From: Coriobacteriia bacterium
GTDB taxonomy: Bacteria; Actinomycetota; Coriobacteriia; Anaerosomatales; PHET01
Direction: 5' to 3'
DNA length: 34,805 bases
NCBI GenBank assembly: GCA_035462695.1
Contig: DATHUB010000226.1
Location: 1 to 34,805, forward strand
Shown here piece after piece: positions 8,284 to 15,594 of this stretch. A program made the position numbers and the translations under genes. The first letter of the stretch is position 1; each line of letters begins with the position of its first letter. Below the pieces are notes generated by a model. It had not been told where the DNA came from and searched no databases. It saw nothing but the letters and a program-made list of their open reading frames with translations.

Positions 8284-9600
8284 TCACGAGGATTGCCGCG
8301 GCTCGAACGTCGCGACGCACTCCACGTGATACGTCTGGGGGAACAGATCGACCGGCGTGACAGAGGTGAGCGCGAGTCCCTGCTCCTCAAGACGCTGGGC
8401 ATCGCGTGCCAGCGTAGCGGGGTCGCACGACACGTAGGCCATGGTGCGCGGATGTGACGAGCCAAGAGCGGCCAAGACAGGCTCGGCCAGTCCCGCTCGC
8501 GGAGGGTCGACCACGACGAGGTCGAAGTGCCCGAGTTCGCCGATCTCCCGCGCGGCATCGCCGCCGACCGCCTCGGCCCAGAGTTCGTTGGACTCCAGAT
8601 TCCGGCGCAGGTCTCGAATCGCCGGCCCAGAAGACTCGACGGCGACGACCTCACCCGCGACCGCGGCCAAGGGAAGCGTGAACGTACCGGCGCCCGAGTA
8701 CAGATCAAGGACTCGGTCGGTCCCGTCCGGCTGGAGCGCGCTGAGGACAAGCTCGACGAGCTTCTCGGCAAGCGCCGTGTTGTTCTGGAAGAATGACGGC
8801 GCCGACAGGGCATATCCGTGACCGGCGAGCCGTTCGCGCCACAGGCCCTTGCCCGAGAGCACCTCCACCTTGGTGACTTCTCGCTTGCCGGGGTCGCCCT
8901 TATGCAGGACTCGGACGAGGCTGGTGAGCGGCAACGCTTGGCCGAGAACCTTGGCAGCAGCGGCACGCGGGAACGGGCCGGGTGGTGTCCAGATCGCGAC
9001 CTCAACGTCCTTGGTGTTGCGCGCCACGCGAAGGGCGATGCGGCTGATCTCGAGATCGTTCTCGCCTGAGATGTATCGGAGTGCTCCTGTGATCGCCTTT
9101 GGCGCCTTCTGGTGCTTCCTCGGCACGAGCAGGCACAGTTCGACCGGAACCACTTCCGCCGAGGCTCGCTTGTGGTAGCCGAGCGTCAGACGTGGGGCAA
9201 CAGGGTCTGCGACGAGCTCGATCTTGTTGCGATAGCCGTACTCGGTCGGGGAGGGGACGGTGCTAGCCACCAGTTCCTCGGCGTTGCCTATCTTGCCAAT
9301 CCGACGCAGGGCATCGACGACGGCGCTTCTCTTCGCATCCAGTTGCCCCGCATACGCAACGTGCTGCCACTGGCAGCCTCCGCACACCCCGAAGTAGGGA
9401 CAGGGTGGAGTAACGCGAAGCGCGGAGGCCTCGACCACGTCGACGACCCTGCCGCGAACGAAACGATCTCGATCTTCGGTGATCTCGATCTTCACGCGGT
9501 CGCCGGGACAGCCTCCGATCACGAAGGCGGCCCGCCCGTCGGGGAGGCGGCCTACGGCGTCTCCGCCATAGGCCAAGCTATCAATTGTGATGGTCGTCAC
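8284..9600 (-). CDS. rlmD: 23S rRNA (uracil-5-)-methyltransferase, RumA/RlmD family (TRAM domain, [4Fe-4S] site, SAM-dependent MTase)
   Basis: TRAM: ITIDSLAYGGDAVGRLPDGRAAFVIGGCPGDRVKIEI. Cluster motif: CPYFGVCGGCQWQH. SAM fold: VLDLYSGAGTFTLPLA. Catalytic region: VVVDPPRAGL...YVSCDPATLARD. Preferred start is GTG 9600, 8 nt after AGGAGGGG; the ORF track extends to 9708. Confidence 0.9.
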   Translation of the reverse strand: MTTITIDSLAYGGDAVGRLPDGRAAFVIGGCPGDRVKIEITEDRDRFVRGRVVDVVEASALRVTPPCPYFGVCGGCQWQHVAYAGQLDAKRSAVVDALRRIGKIGNAEELVASTVPSPTEYGYRNKIELVADPVAPRLTLGYHKRASAEVVPVELCLLVPRKHQKAPKAITGALRYISGENDLEISRIALRVARNTKDVEVAIWTPPGPFPRAAAAKVLGQALPLTSLVRVLHKGDPGKREVTKVEVLSGKGLWRERLAGHGYALSAPSFFQNNTALAEKLVELVLSALQPDGTDRVLDLYSGAGTFTLPLAAVAGEVVAVESSGPAIRDLRRNLESNELWAEAVGGDAAREIGELGHFDLVVVDPPRAGLAEPVLAALGSSHPRTMAYVSCDPATLARDAQRLEEQGLALTSVTPVDLFPQTYHVECVATFEPRQSS

Positions 9601-9601
9601 A
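9586..9601. promoter_or_regulatory. Perfect CRP-consensus palindrome TGTGA-N6-TCACA in the divergent rlmD / REC-pilT control region
   Basis: Sequence TGTGAtggtcgTCACA at 9586-9601. It overlaps the first codons of rlmD and lies about 155 bp upstream of the REC-pilT start. A -10-like CAGAAT sits at 9626-9631. Confidence 0.35.
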
Positions 9602-9754
9602 GAACAAGCCCCTCCTGGATGTCGGCAGAATCTCATCCTACCCGAGGGAGAGTGCTTGAGCGCGGGCCGCACTCGGCCGATACCAGTAGAGGGAACGCCC
9701 TGGAACACCGCAGATCGGCGAGAGTCGTCTCGTCGAGCCGAGGAGGTCAGCTCT

Positions 9755-11641
9755 GTGGCTGGGAAGACGGTACTGATCGTTCACGACGATGCTCTCTTCG
9801 TCGAACAGGTGAAAGAGTCGCTCCGGGCGTGCGCACCGGCGCTGCGGGTGTCCAACGCGTTGTCAGCTCCGCGCGCGCTGGGGATGGTGGCGGCCGACAC
9901 ACCGGACGTCATCGTGGTCGACGCCGAGCTCATGGGGGTCGACGGATACGCGCTCACCCAGCAGCTCAAGACCGATCCAAAGACCAAAGACGTGCCCGTC
10001 ATCATCGTCACTCTCTCGCCGAGCGAGTCGTCGGCCCTGAGGGCGCGGCAGGCCGGTGCGTCCGCGCACCTGTCTGCAACGGGACCCGTCGAGGCCATCG
10101 TCTCGAAGATCAGCGTTCTTGCGGGCGACGATGGTGCGCAGATCGGAGTGGCTCCGCAGCAGCCGCTCGAAGCGCGCGTGCCGCAGGTGGCTTCAATGAA
10201 CGTTGCGCCGCCTCCACTCGAAGTGCCACAGGTCGCAGGTGCGCCTGCGGCGATGCCAGCGGTCTCCGCCGTTGCGACGGCAGCTCCGATTCCATCTGCG
10301 CCCCCGGCCTTCCCGAATCCAGCCCCAGCCGCGGTCTCGGCCCCGGGCAATCTCGTTGACCTCGCGAGCGCGCAGGGTGCGCCGGTCGCTGCACCCGCCC
10401 AGACCCCCGCCGCAGCATCCGGCCCGGCCGCCGCGCAGATGCCTACTGTGACCTCGCTCTCTGGCTACAGCTCATCAGCGCAGGCGCAGCCTCAGCGCCC
10501 GTCCGCGGGCTATTCGGTCCCGCTGCCGCCCTCTGAGAGCAACTTCACCAGTGACTTCGCAGGAGCCGACGGGATTCCGCACATCGACGACTTGCTGAGA
10601 CTCATGTTGCAGCGCGGTGGATCCGACCTTCACATCACCGTGGGCAGCCCTCCGGGAATCCGCCAGCGCGGTGAGATCGTCCCCGTCGATGACGTCAAAC
10701 CGCTGACCCCGCGCGACACGATGGAGATGATTCTCGGCCTGCTCTCAGAGGAGCAGCGCCGTCGCTTCGAGACGGAACTCGAACTCGACTTCGCTTACTC
10801 GATCCCCGGCGTTTCGCGATTCAGGGCGAACGTCTTCCAGCAGCGCAACTCGATGGGTGCCGTGTTCCGCGTAATCCCCATCCAGATACCGACGCTTGAA
10901 GACCTCGCACTGCCCAAGGTCTGCCGTTTCCTTGCCGAGCGGCCCCGAGGTCTCGTCCTTGTGACCGGACCGACCGGTTCGGGTAAGTCGACGACGCTCG
11001 CGGCGATGCTCGACCACATCAACGCGAACCGTCCGGTGCACATAATCACCCTGGAAGACCCGATCGAGTTCATGCACCGCAACAAGAAGGCCTACATCAA
11101 CCAGCGTGAGGTAGGCGAGGACACACACTCGTTCGCCTCGGCACTCAAGCGGGTGCTTCGGCAGGACCCGGACGTGATCCTCGTTGGCGAGATGCGTGAC
11201 CTTGAGACCATCTCGGCGGCGATCACCGCGGCCGAGACTGGGCACTTGGTGCTTGCCACCCTGCACACCACTGGCGGACCTGAGACTGTCGACCGAGTCA
11301 TCGACGTATTCCCGCCGCACCAGCAGCAGCAGGTGCGTATGCAACTTTCCACAACTCTGGAAGGTGTCTTGTCTCAGACACTGCTCAGGTCGACTGACGG
11401 GCGCAGCCGGGTGATGGCGATGGAGATCATGCTCGGCATCCCCGCCATCTCGAACCTCATACGCGAGGGGAAGACTCACCAGATGGAGACCATCATTCAG
11501 GGCGGCGCTCAGCTGGGGATGCAGACACTGGACCAACACCTCAAGACTCTGCTCAATCAGGGAAAGGTCACTTTCGAAGAGGCCATCGCAAAAGCCAAGA
11601 ATCCTCGCGAACTCGCTAATATGGTTGGGCGTAAGCTGTAG
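9755..11641 (+). CDS. pilT: Fusion protein: response-regulator receiver domain, about 150 aa of Ala/Pro-rich linker, and a PilT-type (type IV pilus retraction) hexameric ATPase
   Basis: Preferred start is GTG 9755, 8 nt after AGGAGG; the ORF track extends to 9587. REC: KTVLIVHDDALF...PDVIVVDAELMGVDGYAL...VPVIIVTLS. PilT core: GGSDLHITVGSPPGIRQRGEI, Walker A GPTGSGKSTT, Asp box ITLEDPIEF, Walker B DVILVGEMRD, His box TGHLVLATLHT, and AISNLIREGK. Confidence 0.9.
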   Translation: MAGKTVLIVHDDALFVEQVKESLRACAPALRVSNALSAPRALGMVAADTPDVIVVDAELMGVDGYALTQQLKTDPKTKDVPVIIVTLSPSESSALRARQAGASAHLSATGPVEAIVSKISVLAGDDGAQIGVAPQQPLEARVPQVASMNVAPPPLEVPQVAGAPAAMPAVSAVATAAPIPSAPPAFPNPAPAAVSAPGNLVDLASAQGAPVAAPAQTPAAASGPAAAQMPTVTSLSGYSSSAQAQPQRPSAGYSVPLPPSESNFTSDFAGADGIPHIDDLLRLMLQRGGSDLHITVGSPPGIRQRGEIVPVDDVKPLTPRDTMEMILGLLSEEQRRRFETELELDFAYSIPGVSRFRANVFQQRNSMGAVFRVIPIQIPTLEDLALPKVCRFLAERPRGLVLVTGPTGSGKSTTLAAMLDHINANRPVHIITLEDPIEFMHRNKKAYINQREVGEDTHSFASALKRVLRQDPDVILVGEMRDLETISAAITAAETGHLVLATLHTTGGPETVDRVIDVFPPHQQQQVRMQLSTTLEGVLSQTLLRSTDGRSRVMAMEIMLGIPAISNLIREGKTHQMETIIQGGAQLGMQTLDQHLKTLLNQGKVTFEEAIAKAKNPRELANMVGRKL

Positions 11642-11667
11642 CACGCAGGCAAACACGCAGAGTCGTC

Positions 11668-11696
11668 GCGGCGGGCCTGGGAACAGGGTCCGCCGC
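11668..11696 (+). terminator. Terminator-like hairpin after REC-pilT
   Basis: GCGGCGGGCC-(9 nt)-GGTCCGCCGC forms a 10-bp stem with one G-U pair, followed by TTCGTTTGG. It ends only about 20 nt before the osmC-like start. Confidence 0.55.
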
Positions 11697-11718
11697 TTCG
11701 TTTGGAGGGGAGAGTCAC

Positions 11719-12192
11719 ATGGATGTCGCGAAAGTCCGGTGGACGGGGCGCAGGCAGTTCGTCGGGACAGATGAGGCAGGGCACAGCATCGTCATGGACG
11801 CGAAGCCGGAGTACAAGGGCGAAGGCAGCGGCATGCGTCCCCTCGAAGTCGTCCTTCACGGGTTGGCCGCGTGCACGGGCATGGACGTCATCTCGATACT
11901 TGAGAAGAAGCGACAGGACGTACGCGACTTCCAGATCGTGGCGAAGGCCGAGCAGCGCACTGAGGAGTTCCCGAAGATCTACACCAAGATCGAACTCGAG
12001 TACGTGGTGACTGGCTTCGGGGTGAAGCCGGACGCCGTGAAACGGGCGATCGCCCTGTCAGAGGAGAAGTATTGCTCGGTCGGTGGAATGCTGGGTGAGC
12101 AAGTCGAGATCGTGACTTCGTATCGCGTGGCCGAGAGCCCCAGTCCGGGGTTCTCGGTGCTCGACGGCGAACTGGATGGCGCACACGAGTGA
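11719..12192 (+). CDS. OsmC/Ohr-family thiol peroxidase-like protein
   Basis: RPLEVVLHGLAACTGMDVISIL and ALSEEKYCSVGGML carry the two conserved OsmC cysteines. GGAGGGGAGAG precedes the ATG. Confidence 0.88.
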   Translation: MDVAKVRWTGRRQFVGTDEAGHSIVMDAKPEYKGEGSGMRPLEVVLHGLAACTGMDVISILEKKRQDVRDFQIVAKAEQRTEEFPKIYTKIELEYVVTGFGVKPDAVKRAIALSEEKYCSVGGMLGEQVEIVTSYRVAESPSPGFSVLDGELDGAHE

Positions 12193-12896
12193 GCGACGCA
12201 GTCCTGATGCCCGTATACAACGAGGTCGCGACCGTCGGCGCTGTGCTTGATGCGGTTCGAGTCCACTTCGATGGAGAGATCATCGTGGTCGATGACGGTT
12301 CTGACGACGGTACTGCCATGGTTCTAGCCGCGCGTGACGATATCGCGGTGGTCCGGTTGGACCGGAACTGCGGCTACGGTTGCGCGCTACGAATCGGCTT
12401 CGATGTCTGCCGCGAGCTGTGCGTTCGCCGTCTCGTGACGATGGACTGCGACGGCCAGCACGAACCGGCGCACATACCCGAGTTCTTGGCTGCCCTGGAT
12501 GATGGCTGGGACATCGTTTCCGGGAGCAGATACCTGCCGATGAGCGGCAGGTCAGGAGCCGCTCCGGCGGACCGACGAGAGATCAACAAGACCATCACCG
12601 AGACGGTCAACGAGACGACGGGATGGACTCTCACCGATTCATTCTGTGGCTTCAAGGCGTACAAGGTCGCGTCGCTTGGGTCCGTCGTCCTGCGAGAATC
12701 CGGCTACGCGATGCCGCTGGAGCTGTGGGCGAAGGCCTGGAAGGCGGGTTTCGAGGTCCGGGAACTGGCGGTCGAGCGGATCTACTGCGATCACGATCGA
12801 AGTTTCGGGCACGAGCTGGACGATCCGGAGCACCGTCTTGCGTACTACAGGGACGTGTGGGCCCGCGCTCTGAAGGAGGCCGATGATGAGGTCTGA
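12189..12896 (+). CDS. Family 2 glycosyltransferase (small, soluble, DPM1/GtrB-like catalytic domain)
   Basis: VLMPVYNEVATVGAVL...IIVVDDGSDDGT...NCGYGCALRIGF...LVTMDCDGQHEP (DxD = DCD)...SGSRY. The GTG start overlaps the osmC-like stop (GTGA at 12189-12192). Confidence 0.88.
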   Translation: MSDAVLMPVYNEVATVGAVLDAVRVHFDGEIIVVDDGSDDGTAMVLAARDDIAVVRLDRNCGYGCALRIGFDVCRELCVRRLVTMDCDGQHEPAHIPEFLAALDDGWDIVSGSRYLPMSGRSGAAPADRREINKTITETVNETTGWTLTDSFCGFKAYKVASLGSVVLRESGYAMPLELWAKAWKAGFEVRELAVERIYCDHDRSFGHELDDPEHRLAYYRDVWARALKEADDEV

Positions 12897-13584
12897 GCCG
12901 CTGTTCGACGCCGTCTGTGTCGGTGCCCATCCGGATGACGTCGAAATCGGGATGGGCGCGACGGTCGCCAAGATGACCGCGGCTGGGAAGCGTATCGCCA
13001 TCGTCGACCTCACCAACGGTGAGCCGACCCCACATGGCAGCATCGAGATGCGAGCGGCGGAGTCTCAACGTGCAGCCCAGATCCTCGGTGTGGAAGTGCG
13101 CAGAACGCTCTCACAACAGAATCGGTACCTGTTCGACACGGTGGAAGCGCGCACCGAGCTTGCCGAGGTGCTTCGAGAGCTGCGACCAAGGATGTTGTTC
13201 ATCCCGTACCCGACCGATGCTCACCCAGATCACATCGCGGCGTCTCAGATCGCACTCGCCGCACGCTTCTACAGCAAGTTCACCAAGACGGAGATGTCCG
13301 GGGAGCCGTTCTACCCACACCGAGTCTTCCGCTACATGGCCGTCCATATGCGGATCGCGGCCGAGCCCTCATTCATCGTGGAGTGCGGACAGTACCTACC
13401 GCGGAAGCTTGAAGCACTCGCGGCCTACGAGTCGCAGTTCACGGTGAACGTCGCCAACGCGGGCATCGTCGAGAGCATGAGAGTGCATGCGGCGATGTGG
13501 GGCGGCATGGCAAACGTGGCCGCTGGCGAGCCATTCTTCTCGCTTGAGCCCGTGGCCGTCTCCTCTCCCGACGCGATCCTGTAG
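12883..13584 (+). CDS. LmbE/PIG-L-family N-acetylglucosaminyl deacetylase, BshB1-like
   Basis: VCVGAHPDDVEIGMGATVAKMTAAGKRIAIVDLTNGEPTPHGS...RAAESQRAAQILG...DAHPDHIAASQI carries the Zn-binding AHPDD and HPDH motifs. The DLT.GE segment is what I associate with bacillithiol BshB1. The ORF overlaps the GT2 gene by 14 nt. Confidence 0.85.
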   Translation: MMRSEPLFDAVCVGAHPDDVEIGMGATVAKMTAAGKRIAIVDLTNGEPTPHGSIEMRAAESQRAAQILGVEVRRTLSQQNRYLFDTVEARTELAEVLRELRPRMLFIPYPTDAHPDHIAASQIALAARFYSKFTKTEMSGEPFYPHRVFRYMAVHMRIAAEPSFIVECGQYLPRKLEALAAYESQFTVNVANAGIVESMRVHAAMWGGMANVAAGEPFFSLEPVAVSSPDAIL

Positions 13585-13593
13585 GAGATACCT

Positions 13594-15171
13594 GTGACCG
13601 TATCTATCCCCTCGGCTCCGGAGGGCCACGGCGAGCTGCTCGTCCACCCGCCTTTCGAAGAGTGGGTCGGGCGCATGGAGGGCAACCGGAACGCGTCAGC
13701 CGAATGGGAGTTCGCAGTCGGCGGGGTTCCCGCTTCTGAGCTGCGGCGGAAGGCGCGCGCAGAGACGTTGTCCGCGGCAAGCGCGTTCTCGGCGCGTCTC
13801 GGAGTCCCGGTTCGAGCGGCCGGTTCCCTGGAGCAGCCCATCGTGATGACCGGGCACCAGCCCGAGCTCTACCACCCCGGCGTGTGGGTCAAGAACTTCC
13901 TGCTCCAGAAGTTGTCGGACTCGGCCGGGGCCTCGGCGATCGACGTCGTGGTCGACTCGGACGGCTTCGATGAGGTCTCCATCGTCGCTCCGTGCTACAC
14001 GCCCGAGTTGCACCGGTGCCGACAGCTCCTTGCCGCGGGCTCGACTCATTCGTGTTTCGCGTGCGCGCCTTCACCCGGGGCGCACACCATCGGGGAGTTC
14101 TGCGCGGGCGTGGAAGAACTACTTTCGACTCTTCCTGCGCCATCGGTCCGAAGCCATTTCGCGGAGTTCAGCCGAGCGCTCGAAGACGCCTCTGTCTCCG
14201 CCTGCAATCTCTCCGAACTGATAACGTTCGCGCGCCGGCGCTACGAGGCCTCCGCAGGCAATGACTACGCCGAGCTCCCCGTGTCCCGGCTTGCTCGCAG
14301 CGGCGCGTTCGCCGACTTCGTTGCAGACATCGCCCTCAATGCCGAGCGCTTCGCAGGGGCCTACAACTCAGAGCTCGATGAATACCGGGACGTCAGTCGA
14401 ACTCGTTCGGCGGCGCAACCGTTCCCGAACCTTGCCATTGAGGGCGATAGGATCGAGCTACCCCTCTGGGCGCTTGCCGCCGGAACGCGAGAGACGGTAT
14501 GGGCTGAACGAAGTAGCGGAGCTGTCCGGCTGATGGCGGGCGAGCGGCTGATTGCCTCTCTAGATCCTGTGCGTCCATCGGCCGCCGCTGAGGTTGTGGC
14601 TTGCTCGGCGCTGCTGATCGCGCCGAAAGCACTGCTGTTGACTCTCTACGTTCGGATGTTCTGTTGCGACCTTTTCATCCACGGTACGGGCGGCGGCCGC
14701 TACGACCAAGTGACCGACGGCGTTTGTCGGCGCTACTTCGGGGTAGAGCCGCCCGCATACGTTGTTGCCTCTCTCACTATGCACTTGCCTCTAGGTGGGG
14801 AGGAGGTGACCGACGCCGAGGTGTCCTCGGCAAGAGAGCGGCTCAACCGCCTCGATCGCAATCCGGACGAGATGCTGGACCAGATCGAGTTCGGCTCAGC
14901 GGCCGAGCGAGCACGAGCTGAAGAACTGGCCGGACAGAAGCGCCAGTTGGTCATCGACATCTCCGCTGAGGGCGCGGACAAGAAGCGGATCGGTGGCCTG
15001 ATTCGGCAGGTCAACGCCGAGCTCTCGCTGATGTTGAAACCGGTCCGCCTCCGCTATGAGCAGGATTTGAGGTCGCTCGAATCACGGCGTGCGGCGGCTG
15101 ACATCTTGACCGACCGCACCTATCCCTTCTGCTTCTGGGCGCCGGCTGAGATTGCCGAGACGGTGCGTTAG
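13594..15171 (+). CDS. Uncharacterised 525-aa protein with BshC-like motif order. Putative ligase of the BshC (bacillithiol cysteine-adding enzyme) superfamily, highly divergent.
   Basis: GTG start lies 9 nt after the deacetylase stop and is preceded by GGAGA. IVMTGHQPELYHPGVWVKN resembles BshC GGQQxGLxxGPLYxxxK. IDVVVDSDGFDEV resembles FWxxxEDHDxDE. LFIHGTGGGRYDQV resembles AGPGExxYW. The C-terminal part is helical and coiled-coil-like. This is motif-level resemblance only. Confidence 0.5.
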   Translation: MTVSIPSAPEGHGELLVHPPFEEWVGRMEGNRNASAEWEFAVGGVPASELRRKARAETLSAASAFSARLGVPVRAAGSLEQPIVMTGHQPELYHPGVWVKNFLLQKLSDSAGASAIDVVVDSDGFDEVSIVAPCYTPELHRCRQLLAAGSTHSCFACAPSPGAHTIGEFCAGVEELLSTLPAPSVRSHFAEFSRALEDASVSACNLSELITFARRRYEASAGNDYAELPVSRLARSGAFADFVADIALNAERFAGAYNSELDEYRDVSRTRSAAQPFPNLAIEGDRIELPLWALAAGTRETVWAERSSGAVRLMAGERLIASLDPVRPSAAAEVVACSALLIAPKALLLTLYVRMFCCDLFIHGTGGGRYDQVTDGVCRRYFGVEPPAYVVASLTMHLPLGGEEVTDAEVSSARERLNRLDRNPDEMLDQIEFGSAAERARAEELAGQKRQLVIDISAEGADKKRIGGLIRQVNAELSLMLKPVRLRYEQDLRSLESRRAAADILTDRTYPFCFWAPAEIAETVR

Positions 15172-15318
15172 CGCCCATTCTGTCGACTGCGTGCCGCCAG
15201 GCAGCGCACAAGGCAAGGTTTGTGCTTGTGGGCAGTCAATTGCGGAGCACCGGCCGGGACGATATGATGCTGCGACCCGTGGCGCTCTCGCGCTCCAGCC
15301 TGCGTGAAAGGACGACCC

Positions 15319-15495
15319 ATGTCACTGCCTGTTGTCGATCCAAACCTGTGCACGGCGTGCGGCATCTGCGTGGACGAGTGCCCGCAGAGCTGTTACGACC
15401 TTGAGGATGTAGCCACGCTCACTCGCTCTGATGATTGCAGCGAGTGCGGCATCTGTGTTGACTCTTGCCCCAACTCAGCAATCTCGATGGACTAG
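15319..15495 (+). CDS. 2x[4Fe-4S] ferredoxin (small, stand-alone)
   Basis: CTACGICVDECP and CSECGICVDSCP. ATG 15319 after GAAAGGA is preferred; the ORF track start is 15304. Confidence 0.88.
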   Translation: MSLPVVDPNLCTACGICVDECPQSCYDLEDVATLTRSDDCSECGICVDSCPNSAISMD

Positions 15496-15522
15496 GTTTA
15501 CGCAGACAGAACTGGAACGACC

Positions 15523-15550
15523 GCGAAGGCCGGGGAAACCCGGCTTTCGC
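15523..15550. terminator. Bidirectional terminator hairpin between the convergent ferredoxin and plsY genes
   Basis: GCGAAGGCCGGG-gaaa-CCCGGCTTTCGC forms a 12-bp stem with one G-U pair and a GAAA tetraloop. Confidence 0.65.
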
Positions 15551-15594
15551 ACTTGTCTGAAGGAGCGTCGCGCGGGACCCGTGCGGACGCAATC

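Noticed and set aside
9587-9754. N-terminal 56-codon extension of the REC-PilT ORF as given in the ORF track. Similar upstream extensions occur for rlmD (to 9708), plsY (to 16407), mreB (from 27201), the cyt-b5-like gene (from 7929) and the DUF697-like gene (from 32579).
   Set aside because: The extensions lack homology-like sequence and overlap neighbouring genes or divergent promoter regions. Internal starts with good Shine-Dalgarno spacing coincide with the beginning of the conserved domains.
10125-10570. The Ala/Pro-rich stretch looked at first like a nucleotide tandem repeat or a spurious low-complexity ORF.
   Set aside because: There is no regular DNA repeat unit. It is compositionally biased coding sequence that stays in frame between two clearly real domains, so it is treated as an intrinsically disordered linker.
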